A DNA stretch of 64,000 bases from Octopus sinensis (GCF_006345805.1 NC_043001.1:84444001-84508000), one strand, 5' to 3'; shown: positions 37,440 to 50,937, counted from the first letter of the stretch. Made by a program: numbers and translations. Notes: generated by a model not told the origin, from the letters alone.

Positions 37440-38505
37440 TTCCCTTAAAGACATGTAAAAAGGCTCTTGTAAAGCCACTGCAGATACTCTCTCAGAGTTT
37501 TCGTGCATGTGGTAAACTTCTCAACATGCTAAAAGAAGGTATAATATACCCTGTTCAAAAAGGGGGGAACAGAGCAGATGCTAAAAACCTACAGGCCCAT
37601 CCCTCTGACCTCACGTGTTAGCAAGACAATGGAGCGCATTTTCAGAAAAAGGCTGATCACGTTCCTAGAAGAAAACAACCTACTCACAACACACAGCATT
37701 GATTCCGTCCAAGGAGGAACTACCTCACACAGTTGCTGCAGCACTTTGACTGGGTACTGAAGCAACAGTTAAATCAGTCAGCTGTAGATGCGATATACTT
37801 CGACTTTGCCAAGACCTTCGACATGGTTAATCATGGCATGAGATGTCACAAGCTGCGAAACCTTGGATGGATTCTGAGGACATTCAGAACCAGGAAAAGG
37901 GAGGACCTGCTACTCCTATGGAAGACTTTCATTCTCAGCCGCTTGGACTACTGCTCCCAACAATGGTCCCCAGAGAGTGTGAAACAAACTGTGAAACTTG
38001 AAGCAATCCAGCGCCAATACACAAAGAAGATTGACTCGATGCAAAAGATGGGCTACTGGGAGAGGCTAAAGGAGCTGAGCCTCTATTCCCTGGAGAGAAT
38101 ACGAGAGAGATATGCGGTGATATTTTTTGGAAGATCTTGGAGGGCTTAGCTCCCAATTTTGGAATTGACAGCTATACCAATCCTCGAACAGGACAACACT
38201 GCATTATACCAAAGGTCCCGTCTTCCCTATCTAAAATAAGGACATAGTCTGGGTTTCAAGGGCCCGCAACAGTTCAATATCCTGCCAGGCAACTTTAGAG
38301 ATCTACATAGTGTTGATGTGGAAGTTTTCAAGGAACGTCTGGGCAGGTTTCTATCTGAGATAACAAATGAACCCACATCACGGTAGGAGACGCAAAGAAG
38401 AGCAGCTCCGTCCAACTCGCTACTTCACCAAAATTAATACCGGAAACAACACCGAGTAACAACAGGTGGTGCGCCAGCATATCTTCAGCTCAGGACTGAA
38501 ACCAG
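37440..38505 (+). mobile_element. CR1/L2-like LINE, pseudogenised and internally deleted
   Basis: YRPIPLTSRVSKTMERI..LITFLEENNLL..VDAIYFDFAKTFDMVNHG..HKL joined to WILRTF..LLLWKTFILSRLDYCSQQWSP..LEAIQRQYTKKI..YWERLKELSLYSLERIRERY. Confidence 0.92.
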
Positions 38506-38690
38506 ATAAAAGACATATATATATTTGAAAGTCTATGAGGATTACTTAATACAGTTTTTGAAGTATAAAGGTGATTTTCTTTAAAAAAAAAACTATTTAA
38601 AAAAGTGTTATGAAATCTTTTATGAGAATGTTACAAACCTTTTTGGGAAAGAAGTTTTTTCAACGTGTGAGCGCATTCATTAAACCTTTT

Positions 38691-38752
<62 letters not shown>

Positions 38753-39549
38753 TGCACATACACACACAGAGGCACATACACTGCTTTCATTTACACATAT
38801 ATGAAATCAGATATAACAATTATTGATATAAAATTTCAAATGATTTGTGAATCGTTACGTTCTGATGACAGCATGAAACAAATGGTAACTCGGAACGCTT
38901 GATAAGTTCATAGCTGAATAAGCAGAAGTTATTCGAAAAGATATATTAGCGTTATGATCGTGCGTTTTTCTGTTTTACTTTGAAGTCACACATATAAAGA
39001 GAAAGAGAGATTATATAGCTAAAGAGAAATCAATGGAAAGTGACTAGGAGAATAACAGATTTAGGTCAGTGATGAAAGGGATAGAGTAGGGCATAGATAG
39101 ATAGATGAATATAAAGGAAATTTTGTGGCGTGGATAGGAGAAACAGGAAATAAGGAAATGGGGAGATTTAGGGAGTAAATACTTTTCTAATATGTGTTGT
39201 TACATATGCAAAAGTTTTTATGCAAAACAAACTATTAGTAGTTGAAATCAAATGTAAACGGTATGAAAAAATAGGTTCACACGAAATGAAATAATGAAAA
39301 ATAGTGGCAAAAATATAAGTAATAACTAATTTAAAGATAATTGCTTATAAATGTGGAGTAAATTTTAAAAGGGAGTTCTAGTCAGAAGCAAATTAAAAAG
39401 GTTAAAAGTGGGGAAAACTGGAAGGTTTTGAATAGATGTTGACCCAGTTGATATAAAGGTAAACGTGGCGTATATAAAATCATAAATGCTGAAAGAGTAA
39501 AAAAAAAATGGAAGACAAGTTTTAGGAAAGTGTTGTTTGATTAAATTGA

Positions 39550-40108
39550 AGGCGCGTGGATTAGTGGTTAGGGTATTCGGATCATGATCGTAAGGTCCTG
39601 AGTTCAGTTTCTGGTGACATGTCGTGTCTTTGAGCAAGACATTTTATTTTACATTGTCCCACTCCACTCAGCTGGTAAAAATGAGTTGTACTTGTTTTTC
39701 AAAGGGCCAGCCTTATCCAATTCTGTGTCATTCCGAATCTCCCTATGAACTACATTAAGGGTACAGGTGTCTACGGAATGCTCAACCACTTGCACGTTCA
39801 TTTCACAAGTAGACTGTTCCTATTTCTTTATTACCCACAAGGGGCTAAACACAGAGGGGACAAACAAGGACAGACATAGGTATTAAGTCGAATACATCGA
39901 CCCCAGTGCGTAACTGGTACTTAATTTATCGACCCCGAAAGGATGAAAGGCAAAGTCGACCTCGGCGGAATTTGAACTCACAACGTAACGCAGACGAAAT
40001 ACCGCTAAGCATTTCGCCCGGCGTGCTAACGTTTCTGCCAGCTCGCCGTAGACTGTTCCGTTGATCAGACCAACTGGAACCCTCCTCGTCGTAACCGACG
40101 GAGTGACA
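39550..40108 (+). mobile_element. Family-1 SINE interrupted by a family-3 SINE
   Basis: Head AGGCGCGTGGATTAGTGGTTAGGG. The body resumes after 40059 (GTTGATCAGACCAACTGG..CCGACGGAGTG). Confidence 0.85.
39821..40047 (-). mobile_element. Young full-length family-3 SINE with 12-bp target-site duplication
   Basis: GTAGACTGTTCC at 39809-39820 and 40048-40059. Confidence 0.95.
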
Positions 40109-40499
40109 GTGAGTGTGACTGAATTAGAAATTACAGCTATGAAAAAAAAAACACGTATAAATAATCTTTCTCTCTCTCTCCCTCAACCTCGCACACACAC
40201 ACACACATTAATTGATTAAGCTGTCGGAAGACGAAGATATCTTCTTAGTCTTTCTACTCTTTCACCAGCGAAACATCGAGGATGTGACAGCTAACACGAG
40301 AGAGGACTGCGTCAGCTCTTCGCTAATGTTCCTCGCGGTATCTAGATCGGAGTAACATGAAATGAAAAGCCTTGCGTAAGACTCAGTCCACCACTTGTCC
40401 TTGATCAACTAATACTATAACCACTAATCCAACCCCTCCATACATCTATTCTGTTTTTCTAACACCTTATGAGATATTACTCAACTTTTATAGTAACCT

Positions 40500-40895
40500 T
40501 TTCTTCTCTAGGCATGAGGCCTGTTATTTTGGGGGAGAGGGGCAGTCGGTTAGATCGACCCAGTACGCAACTGGTATTTAAATTATCGACCCCGAAAGGA
40601 TGAAAGGTAAAGTCGACCTCGGCGGAATTTGAACTCAGAACGTAAAAGCAGACGAAATAGCTATTTCTTTACTACCCACAAGGGGTTAAACACAGAGAGG
40701 ACAAACAAGGTCTGACAAACGGATTAAGTCAATTTTATCGATCCCAGTGCGTAGCTGGTACTTATTTAATCGACCCCGAAAGGATGAAAGGCAAAGTCGA
40801 CCTTGGCGGAATTTGAACTCAGAATGTAGCGGCAACCGAAATACCGCTAAGAATTTCGCTCGGCAAGCTAACGTCTCTGCCAGCTCGCTGCCTTT
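40500..40895 (-). mobile_element. Head-to-tail family-3 SINE dimer
   Basis: A full copy at 40661-40895 is fused through its AAAGAAATAG tail to a copy starting at (C/G)TATTTCGTC. Confidence 0.85.
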
Positions 40896-41159
40896 CAACT
40901 TCCATTATAATAAATGCTTTTTAGACTATTTTAAAAAATATTTCCGCTTCACTTGGAAATATTGCAAACTGTATTATTCTAATATGTTCGACTCTCTTGA
41001 CTCAATTATAGATTCAACCATCTGTCACGCTTTCCCTTTATTTTCATTCGCTTGACAAGCTTATTAGAGCGAAGGAAACAAACGTTTGTCACACGTCGTT
41101 TTAGATTCTAATTGTTAATCAAATTTACCCCCTAGTTTATTTCCTCACCTTTGTGTATG

Positions 41160-41290
<131 letters not shown>

Positions 41291-41295
41291 TATAT

Positions 41296-41405
<110 letters not shown>

Positions 41406-41439
41406 TGTTGTGGGCAATAAAGAAATAATTGAATCTTGG

Positions 41440-41950
41440 GAACTGAATTTACCAACTCTTTATCAATAGTCTAAAAATGTCCTCTTTCTCTTACAATTTA
41501 CTAACGTTAATGTCCAGAGGGCAACTAACTTCCATAACAGAACATATCTTTTCTTTGTGATCCCACACAACAATATCTGGCTGTTAGTGTTTTAACTTGG
41601 TAGCTGTTTTAACCTTGAAATTTCACCAGTATTCGGACCATCGATCTCCATCTGTAGGCGTTTTCTTTTATGACATACTGTTTCAGACTCTTCTGGTTAC
41701 CGCCTCATGCCTCATGGAAATATAATGTCTGAAAGACATTATCTAGGAGTTGGCAATTTATTTATGCTGCCGATGCTTCAGTCTTAACCTTGCACAGCCT
41801 ACATTTGTCGTCTGTCAATGTTTTCTGCTTTTATGCTGTAGGCATTTGCTAAGGGATCTCTTGTTCATGAGTTGCATGGAGGTGACATTTGAAGTGGATA
41901 TCATAAACATTTTGGTACTTCATGCCAAGTTTTTGATCAACCTATGCTTT
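41440..41950 (-). pseudogene. RLE-type (R4/Dong-like) non-LTR retrotransposon fragment
   Basis: Minus strand HEQEI..DDKCRLCKVKTE..MRHEAV..EYW..QPDIVVWDHKEKICSVMEVSCPLDINV: zinc knuckle plus PD-(D/E) endonuclease motif, with stops. Confidence 0.82.
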
Positions 41951-42163
41951 ATGTATTTTGTGCAAGTAACCATTTACTATCTTCTCAGTGAACCGACCCA
42001 TTTTTAAAAAAATAATCTTCTGATAATTAGATTTTACCAATGCTTCTCAGGGAGAGTTCTTATTTCATACCTCTCCTCAACTTGATTAGCTATCCTGATT
42101 ATGTTCTTGATTTCATATACATATATAAGTATGTATGTATATGCATATACATACATATATATA

Positions 42164-42210
<47 letters not shown>

Positions 42211-42364
42211 TATAGAACCTTCTAGATTCTTCTACTTTCATCCACTTTGACGTCACTCCTTATAAAGGAATATTTTAAAGAGACACTCATTACCGCTATG
42301 GGCTCCGTGTGAGCTATCATCTAAAAGTTTTTTGTGCATTTTGATGTTGACATAAGTTCCTTGC

Positions 42365-42447
42365 TTTTCCTGATGAGAAAGCGGCATAATGTACTCCTTA
42401 TTCCTTCGCAATTAGGAATATGCAGCCTTCGAAACATATGTCGAAAA
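42365..42447 (+). ncRNA. Type I hammerhead ribozyme with extended stem II, intact core
   Basis: TTTTC-CTGATGA-GAAAGCGGCATA..(ATTCCT/AGGAAT hairpin)..TATGCAGCCTTC-GAAAC-ATAT-GTC-GAAAA: 5-bp stem I, 10/12-bp stem II, palindromic ATAT loop. Predicted cleavage after C42442. Confidence 0.85.
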
Positions 42448-42690
42448 TAAAGGAATTTTGTTAATTCGTCGTTCAGCTCCATTCTTTCATATATTTATAT
42501 TTTTAAAATAAACATACAAATTTCCACACGAAAGCACGCAATCTATGCCCTAGGCACGTAATTTCAACCGTGTTTTTTCTGATGTGAATTTGCTACCCAG
42601 GTATCGGTTAATTCGAATTATCCTTAATAAGATAATTCATTCAACTACTCAAATATATGTACATATGTATATATATTTATGGATACATAA

Positions 42691-42740
<50 letters not shown>

Positions 42741-42852
42741 GTATACATATATATACATATATATGTATATATATATACATATAATTTATTTAAAAGCAGC
42801 AGAAATATAACAAAAGCTGTTACTTAGAGTTTCACGTACCCGTTCGTCGGAC

Positions 42853-42932
<80 letters not shown>

Positions 42933-43585
42933 GCGTATGTGTGTGAGTGCTCATACGTGTGCTTGTGTGCTTGTGTGTGTGTTTATGTGTGTATGCGTGT
43001 GTGCTAGTGTGTATATGTATATATGTATACGGGTGCATGTATGTGGATATATTTTTAATAAGGATACATATGGATATTAGTTACACCTGCTCACATTATA
43101 CCTGATATCCAAACTCATACCAGCTGTTACCATCCTACCCTGTCCTCTCATTTGTTTTTCAGACACAGTGCATCAAATGTATATCAATTATTCGATAAAG
43201 GAGATTTAGCTGTTATTTCTTGTGGACCGAGCGACCATATAAATACTTCCTCGATCTAACTTCTGTTTCTTGGGATTCCAGCAATTAGTAGAAAATTCTA
43301 AAATTTTCCTAATGTGGGAAATATAATCAGGGTGCAATAATTGCTGTAATTGTTGTGGCTGTTGCGTCAGTTATTGTCCGCTACAAACGAAGGAAAGTGT
43401 GTGTGTGTGTGGGGGGGGGGGGCAAGGCTATCAGCTTTAGCCTTATCAAAGATAGAATGGTGTCACGTTTTTGATTTCCTGTTTTAAATGTTTAGGAAGG
43501 TGCTGAATAATGTAGCAACCAGTGACAGTTAACTTCTGACTTTTGTTTATGATTTATCGATATCATCATCATCATCATCATCATT

Positions 43586-43717
<132 letters not shown>

Positions 43718-46250
43718 CGCAACTCGAACAGGATGCAAGAGCATCTGTGCTAGTAACGAGCGGATATGACCTTTGGCCCTTTTTTAGTATTGCCATTTTA
43801 ATGGGATTGACTTTATAATTGCATTAGAGTGCAAACGTAAAGAGATAATACCTACTAGTGGAAACCCGATGAACTGGTTTCGATCTTCAGACCGATTCAT
43901 TTTACATTTATACGTAACTAAGGTCGCTTATATTATACGCAAACCAATTATTATTCCGTAATCCGCACAGTTAATTGGAAACCTTGCAATCTACGTAAGA
44001 AATAATTGTGCGCGCGCACACACTCACACACACACACACACATAATCTTTTAGGGAAGAAACACCAATTTCACTTACTAATAACGGAGTTTCTTTGTTGA
44101 CTCAGTGATTCTGTCGCCAACATGCAGTAATTCTGTAACCAATATATGCGTGTATGTATACATACACACACATAAATCGATTCTTTTAACAATGGAACTT
44201 GAAGTAGATGATGCTATAAATAATATTATGTACATCGACGAGGTTCCAAATCCCCATCGACGGGAAACAAATAAATACTACCGGAAGGACTCGAATCAAC
44301 AATTCCTGCTAGAAAAAGTAGTCAAACACTTATTTTTAAATACAGAATAGAAAAACACGTAGAGTCCATTATGTCTGGGAAGAAAGACGGAATGGTCACA
44401 GTTGGGACGTCTTTGATCATATCTGTTCAATCAAATCCAACACCCCCTTCTCACAGATCCATTACAATCAGAGCTCTCCTGTGGTTAAAACAATTTTATT
44501 CACAGAATGATGAAGCAGCTAAAGTTAAAGAAAAGTTGAAAGAATAAAAGATAGCAAGTATCCATATTCCAGATATTGGGACCCTCTTGACTAGCGTAAT
44601 TTATTCAGATTTTCTTAGGAAATAAACAGAAAATGTTATGGGATCTCGGTACATATTATGGCTAATATCCAGAGTTGTACGAAAGTAGTTTCACGGATCT
44701 TACAGATTTTTTATTTATTCTTTTTAACTAAACAGTTTGAAACTTCGGATACTGGCTGACTGTATCAGAGGTTTTTCTATTCTGTATATAAAAAAGTTTG
44801 GCTACTTTTTCTAACAGGTCATGCAACTACATACAGGCTCCATCGTTGGTCTGTCTCAGGAATAATTTTGTTGTTTATTTAGCCTCAAATCAACCCTGAT
44901 ACAGCAAACCTATGCTGCTATAAAAATATCTCTTGTTATTAAAGAGGGGTTTTCTTTGGAGGGTGAACTCGGAAGTTGTTCGCAAACAGCAGCAGTAATT
45001 ATCTCCGGCTGAATATACATCATTGATTGGTTAAAATTACCCAAATACAACAAATTTAACACGAAATAACTTCTAATATACAAACTTTTGTCAAAAACTT
45101 TTAGAGTAAACCGTGTTTTATGCGATACATTCTACCAGTATCCGAAGTTTCAAAGTGTTTAGTTTTAAAAAGTTGTAATTAGAAATTCTGGCCATCAAAT
45201 TGAAAAGACCCATTATTTCTAAGAAAATTTCGAATCCCATAAACTCCATAATTCCCTATAGAGCTTATAATGGACATCTGTCTCCTACTTGTGGGCTTAC
45301 AACGTACTTGTGTGTGTGTTACATACCAGGTTAGGACAGTTGGAACATAATCGCTATGAACTGTAAACTAGCACGGCATTTCTTTGATATACGAGAAACT
45401 GTCTTTGTGTTTACTTACATTAGATATTTATCTCAATGACATGTAAACTTTTAGATATATTTTACATAGATGAGGTTATTTAGGTTACAAATTTGTTATT
45501 TCTTCGTGCCTTTTATTTACTCTCGGAAAACTGCGAGCAGACAGTATTGCTTGCGCGCTGATCAAACTGTTTAACGACATTTTTTCACGGATTTACATTT
45601 TTTTACAGATTAGCGACATTTTTTTACGGAGTTCAAATTCCGCCGAAGTCAACTTTGCCTTTTTAATCTTCTCGGGGTTGATAAAATAAGTACCAGTTCA
45701 GCACTGCGTTCGATATAATCGACTAGCCCCCCACCCGTTAGTATGAGAGACTGTCAGCAGGCATTATAGTGGACGTACTAGATTAGTTCCTCACCCCAAC
45801 AAATTTCAAACCCTGAGTCTCTAATAGAAACGATTATTGAGAACAGATACTTTTATTTTTTTTCTCAACGGACTGCAGACTTTGCCATGCCGTGGCAAAA
45901 ACCCTGAAGTGCTTAATTAGTGAAATAGATTCCAGTATTTTATTTAAGTTCAGTAAGTTATCGTAGTTGTTTGCAAATAGTGAATTAAAATTGAAATGAA
46001 AAATTCAAAGTGAAAGTGAGAGGGTTTAAAAACGAAAACGAACAATTCTCCCTTGCTACGTCCATACCGAAAGTTGGTATTGAAAAACTTTTTGAAAGAA
46101 GTGAATCATATATATATAAAACAATATCATTAATTTTAAAGAAAAAATAAACTGAATACACAGACAGACAGACAGACAGACACACACACACGCACACGCA
46201 CACACACACCACACACACACAACTCTATTTTATTATATAGATTATAAAAC

Positions 46251-46734
46251 CAGTTTAAGTCAAGATCAATGTAACTGAGTACATTACCCAGACAAATGTT
46301 GACGGGTCTAACTCATAAAATTTGAATAGTTTCTTCTACCAAAAATTATATAAGAATTTAATATAAATATTTATTAAATATGGCTGAAACAAGTAAAAGA
46401 GTAAAAGAGTAAAAGAGTAAAAGAGTAAAATAATTATCAATTGAAAAAGGAGCTAAAAAATTTCAATGGAATATACCCATGAAAAAAAACTTCTTTTTAA
46501 AACTCACAGGGTCCTCCTGTCATTTAATTCGCAAGAAAAAATTCTCCACCCAAGAAAACCGCTGTGTACACATACAAAACCATGATATAAAATTTTTGCC
46601 AATACTTAACCGATGCTGATTTTATGTATTTTTTATTTTTTTTGCCGAGACTTGGCATATACTAATATATACATCATATAGGGGCAGATTCAACTCGCCA
46701 GCAAACCATCTCGCCGTTATACAATATATTACAA
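46251..46734 (+). repeat. ~485-bp near-identical direct repeat, copy 1
   Basis: CAGTTTAAGTCAAGATCAATG..GTTATACAATATATTACAA recurs at 47856-48341, differing mainly by 1-nt indels. Confidence 0.95.
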
Positions 46735-47277
46735 CTGTTAAGTATATTACACATTCTCTTGAATATTTTAACAACGATTATAAATAATGTACACCCGTTA
46801 AATTTTAAAATTCAATTATCTTCGTGGAGTGGACTCAAATTAAACCGGGCGGTGATTTTCAATCGACTGCGTCGCGGGCCGAAGCCTTAGAAGGAACATT
46901 GGATTTCGGATGTGTAAGAGTAACTGAAATTTTTATCAGATATTAATTAGTATTTGCTGTTGATTTGATAACTGAATTGTTTATTAGTCTTTTATTCTTT
47001 TATTCTTTTACATCTTTCAGTCATTTGAATGTGGTCATGCTGGAGCACCGCTTTTAGTCGAGCAAATCGACACCAGTAAGCCTAGTACTTATTCCATCGG
47101 TTACTTTTGCCGAATTGACTGAAGATTGAAGGCTTCGAATGTCCCGTCCGTGTTTTGTTTGTATCGTCTTCTAAATGTTTTGCGTTCTTGTCCCAGTTTG
47201 TATATTTTTTTACACACACACACACCACAACAACACACACACACAACACACACCACACCACACACATATATATATAT

Positions 47278-47327
<50 letters not shown>

Positions 47328-47331
47328 TATC

Positions 47332-47363
<32 letters not shown>

Positions 47364-47690
47364 GTAAGTATGTATACATTTACATAAATATATACAAACA
47401 TACACAGGCATACACACGAATATGAATACATATATATATAAACATGTTTATGTATACATATCACCGGCAAATTTTCGCTTAAGGAATATAGATCGATCTG
47501 AAGCTGTAGCAGAAGACACTTACCCGAAATATCAAAGAGTGGAAGCGAACATGGAACAAGGTGATAAGGAAGTGAAATTTAGCTATGATAATGTCTAAAA
47601 ATATCACTTATCAGCTCCCAGTAAAGGCAGGATTCACTGCAACCAATGACCTGTGGAGCTAAACTCACACGCACTCACTAGCGCACGCAT

Positions 47691-47722
<32 letters not shown>

Positions 47723-47855
47723 TCACACAAACACACATACACAAAAAAGCGCGGATGCACATATTATATATGCATATGTCTATATATATGTATGAATGTC
47801 TATCTATCTATCTATCTAGCTATCTATCTATCTATCTATCTGTCTGTCTATCTAT

Positions 47856-48341
47856 CAGTTTAAGTCAAGATCAATGTAACTGAGTACATTACCCAGACAA
47901 ATGTTGACGGGTCTAACTCATAAAATTTGAATAGTTTCTTCTACCAAAAATTATATAAGAATTTAATATAAATATTTATTAAATATGGCTGAAACAAGTA
48001 AAAGAGTAAAAGAGTAAAAGAGTAAAAGAGTAAAATAATTATCAATTGAAAAAGGAGCTAAAAAATTTCAATGGAATATACCCATGGAAAAAAACTTCTT
48101 TTTAAAACCTCACAGGGTCCTCCTGTCATTTAATTCGCAAGAAAAAATTCTCCACCCAAGAAAACCGCTGTGTACACATACCAAAACCATGATATAAAAT
48201 TTTTGCCAATACTTAACCGATGCTGATTTTATTTATTTATTTTTTTTTGCCGAGACATTGGCATATTACTAATATATACATCATATAGGGGCAGATTCAA
48301 CTCGCCAGCAAACCATCTCGCCGTTATACAATATATTACAA
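47856..48341 (+). repeat. ~485-bp direct repeat, copy 2
   Basis: Matches 46251-46734. Confidence 0.95.
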
Positions 48342-48892
48342 GGCAAGCAAAATAGTGAATGAAGGTTCAATATTGATATTTTAAGGGTCTAAGAAAAGTT
48401 TTGATTTAAACGTATGCATTGAATCTATTAGTTTCTTTCTCGAACATTTTACATAGCTCAACCTATACAGGTGAATGAGTGAAAAGCAAAATAGTAGGTT
48501 TGAAAGACTATGGGGGGGGGCATCAGAATAAAATAGTAAAGGAAAGGGTTCATAGTTTAAAAATAAAATGTTTGGGTACCACTGGGTGAAAGTTTCAAGT
48601 CGGTGTCCCAGTATGGCCGCAGTCTAATGATTGAAACAAGTAAAAGTGCGTGTGTGTGCGCGCCTGAGTGTGTGTATGTAAGTACATATATATAATATAT
48701 ATATGTGTGTGTGTGTGTGTATGTCTCTGTGTACATATACACATATATCAATACCTGCCTACATACATACATACTTACATATATATTTATACACACACAC
48801 ACACATGCACACGCGCACACACATATGCAGACGCACGCACTAATTTACACACATATTTAAACCCATGTATTCATTTATATGCATGTTAAAAT

Positions 48893-49108
48893 ATTCTTTT
48901 CTACGCTAGGCACAAGGCCCGGAATTTGGGGGGAGAGGGCCAGTCGATGAGATCGACCCCAGTACACAGCTGGTACTTAATTTATCGACCCCGAAAAAAT
49001 GAAAGCGAAGTCGACATCGGCTGAATTTGAACTCAGAACGTAAAGACAGACGAAATACTGCTAAATATTTCGTCCGGCGTGCTAATGCTTCTGCCAGCTC
49101 GCCGCCTT
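48893..49108 (-). mobile_element. Family-3 SINE
   Basis: TTTATCGACCCCGAAAAAATGAAAGCGAAGTCGAC..GCTAATGCTTCTGCCAGCTCGCCGCCTT. Confidence 0.88.
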
Positions 49109-49296
49109 ATACAGGTTAAAATATTAATAGTGACACACCCTCTTCTCGCAGTTTTGTAATATATTTAAATTTTCTCAAAACCCACACATATACTTATACA
49201 TACAGCATATATATATATATGCAGAGAGAGAGAGAGAGAGAGAGAGAAAGTGAAGGAGAGAGATAGATAGAGAGAGAAAAATAGAGTGTCGCTCAC

Positions 49297-49320
49297 CTCA
49301 TATTGTCAAAATCTTGATTG
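49297..49320 (-). CDS. Candidate 24-nt microexon or start-bearing exon end (..NQDFDNM-R)
   Basis: tttctttcactcgtcctcag|CAATCAAGATTTTGACAATATGAG|gtgagc. ATG-AG ends in phase 2, in frame with exon C. Confidence 0.4.
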
Positions 49321-49899
49321 CTGAGGACGAGTGAAAGAAACTTATACTTCTGCTTGTCACGTCAAGTCTTCTCTCAGTTTTCCGAGCTCGTGTGTTCTTG
49401 TATAGCGTTGTGTATATATATATTTTTTTGTCTTTAAGATTTATTTTTCCGTTTACTTCGCTGAAATATCTCTGTAGACCTGCTTCACACAGACACTTTT
49501 GCCGACAGACAAGTTTGACCCAACATCGACTACGGAAAGTGTTACAAATGTATAATGAATCTATATATATATATATATAAATCTATATATCTATCTATAT
49601 ATATATGGGTATGTATATATGTGTTTGTGTGTGTGTGTATTTGTGTGTTCACTGAAGTTGGGGAAAAAGTGGGTGAGAGTAAGAGTTAAACGAAAAGCGG
49701 GAGTGTGGTGGCCAGCAAAGAGTAGAGGGGAGAGGAGTAGTAAAGAGGGAGATAGAAAGTAGATAAACAATTAAAAAAGGTAAGAGAGAAACCGACAGAG
49801 TGAGAGAGAGAAAGAGAGTAAGATAAGTGGAGAAAGAGAGAGAGAGAGAGAGAGAGTAAGAGAAGTAGAGAGAGAGAGAGAGAGAGGGAGAGCTAGTGA

Positions 49900-49990
49900 T
49901 AGAGTTTACGGGAATCGCTGCGCGCATGGACGGGCGCTTCCGCGCGCGAATTTGTCTGTTAATTGTCTACACTCGTATCCATGTGTGCGC
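49900..49990 (-). promoter_or_regulatory. CpG-dense promoter-like patch
   Basis: Minus strand TTCGCGCGCGGAAGCGCCCGTCCATGCGCGCAGCG has ETS-like GCGGAAG and NRF1-like CATGCGCGCA, upstream of a CT-rich tract and the 49297 donor. Confidence 0.35.
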
Positions 49991-50131
49991 GTGTTTGCGC
50001 AAGTTCATGTAATAATGTGTATGTTTGAGTTAATGCGTTTGTGTATATTTTACAATAAGTGTGTGTCTCCGAATGGGAGAGCGTGTAATTTAGAATTCGT
50101 ATGTTTGTGAATGTGTGAGAGCACGTAAGCT

Positions 50132-50166
<35 letters not shown>

Positions 50167-50289
50167 GTGTGTATGTGTGTGTGTGTGTATGCGTGCTAAG
50201 AAACAGCATTATAAGAAAAGCGACAAGTAAAACGGAGAAAAACTGTGGTACACAAAAGCAAACACACAAATGAATACACACACATATAG

Positions 50290-50937
50290 GCGCACAAGTG
50301 GCTGTGTGGTAAGTAGCTTGCTTACCAACCACATGGCTCCGGGTTCAGTCCCCACTGCGTGGCTCCTTTGGCAATTGTCTTCTACTATAGACTCTGGGCG
50401 ACCAAAGCCTTGTGAGTAGATTTGGTAGACGGAAACAGAAAGATACCCGTCGTATATATGTATATTATCAGTGTATTTGCAATTTTTTTTTTTTTACTTG
50501 CATTAGTCATTTGAGAGCGGCCATCCTGGAGCACTGCTTTGAAGTGATTTTGTGGAACAATTCGAGTTGAGGACTTATTTTTATGCCTAGTACTTATTCT
50601 AACGTTCTCTTTTTTGAACTACCAAGTTACGGGCACGTGAACACAACGCCACCAGTTGTTAAGCGATGGTGGCGCGGGTGACAAATAGAGACACAAATAC
50701 ACGCACAAAGACATACACACACACGCACACCCCCACACCCACACAGACAGACAGACAGACAGACACACACACATATATACGACAGGCTTCATTAAGTTTC
50801 CAACTGACAAATACATTTATATGGTTTTGATTGGCCCGAGGTTGTAGTAGAAGACACTTACCTAAGGCGCCACGCAGTGGGACTGAACCTGGAGCCATTT
50901 GGTTGGGAGGCAAGCTTCATACCACACAGCCACGCCT
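50290..50937. mobile_element. Two family-2 SINEs in opposite orientation (50290-50460 +, 50480-50937 -)
   Basis: Head GTGGCTGTGTGGTAAGTAGCTTGC on + at ~50298, and its reverse complement CTTCATACCACACAGCCACGCCTG at ~50915-50938. Confidence 0.85.

Noticed and set aside
43331-43396. Plus-strand GAIIAVIVVAVASVIVRYKRRK, resembling a transmembrane helix with basic stop-transfer
   Set aside because: In-frame TAA seven codons upstream, no polypyrimidine tract, a GT-rich low-complexity origin, and no neighbouring plus-strand exons that could be supported.
44105-44350. ORF MELEVDDAINNIMYIDEVPNPHRR..
   Set aside because: No recognisable domain and no convincing splice sites.
47115-47150. CTGA(A/G)GA..GAAT repeats (also 22375-22400 and 12175-12200 on the minus strand)
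   Set aside because: A dispersed family, but GAAA is replaced by GAAT and stems I and III are not formed, so they were not called ribozymes.
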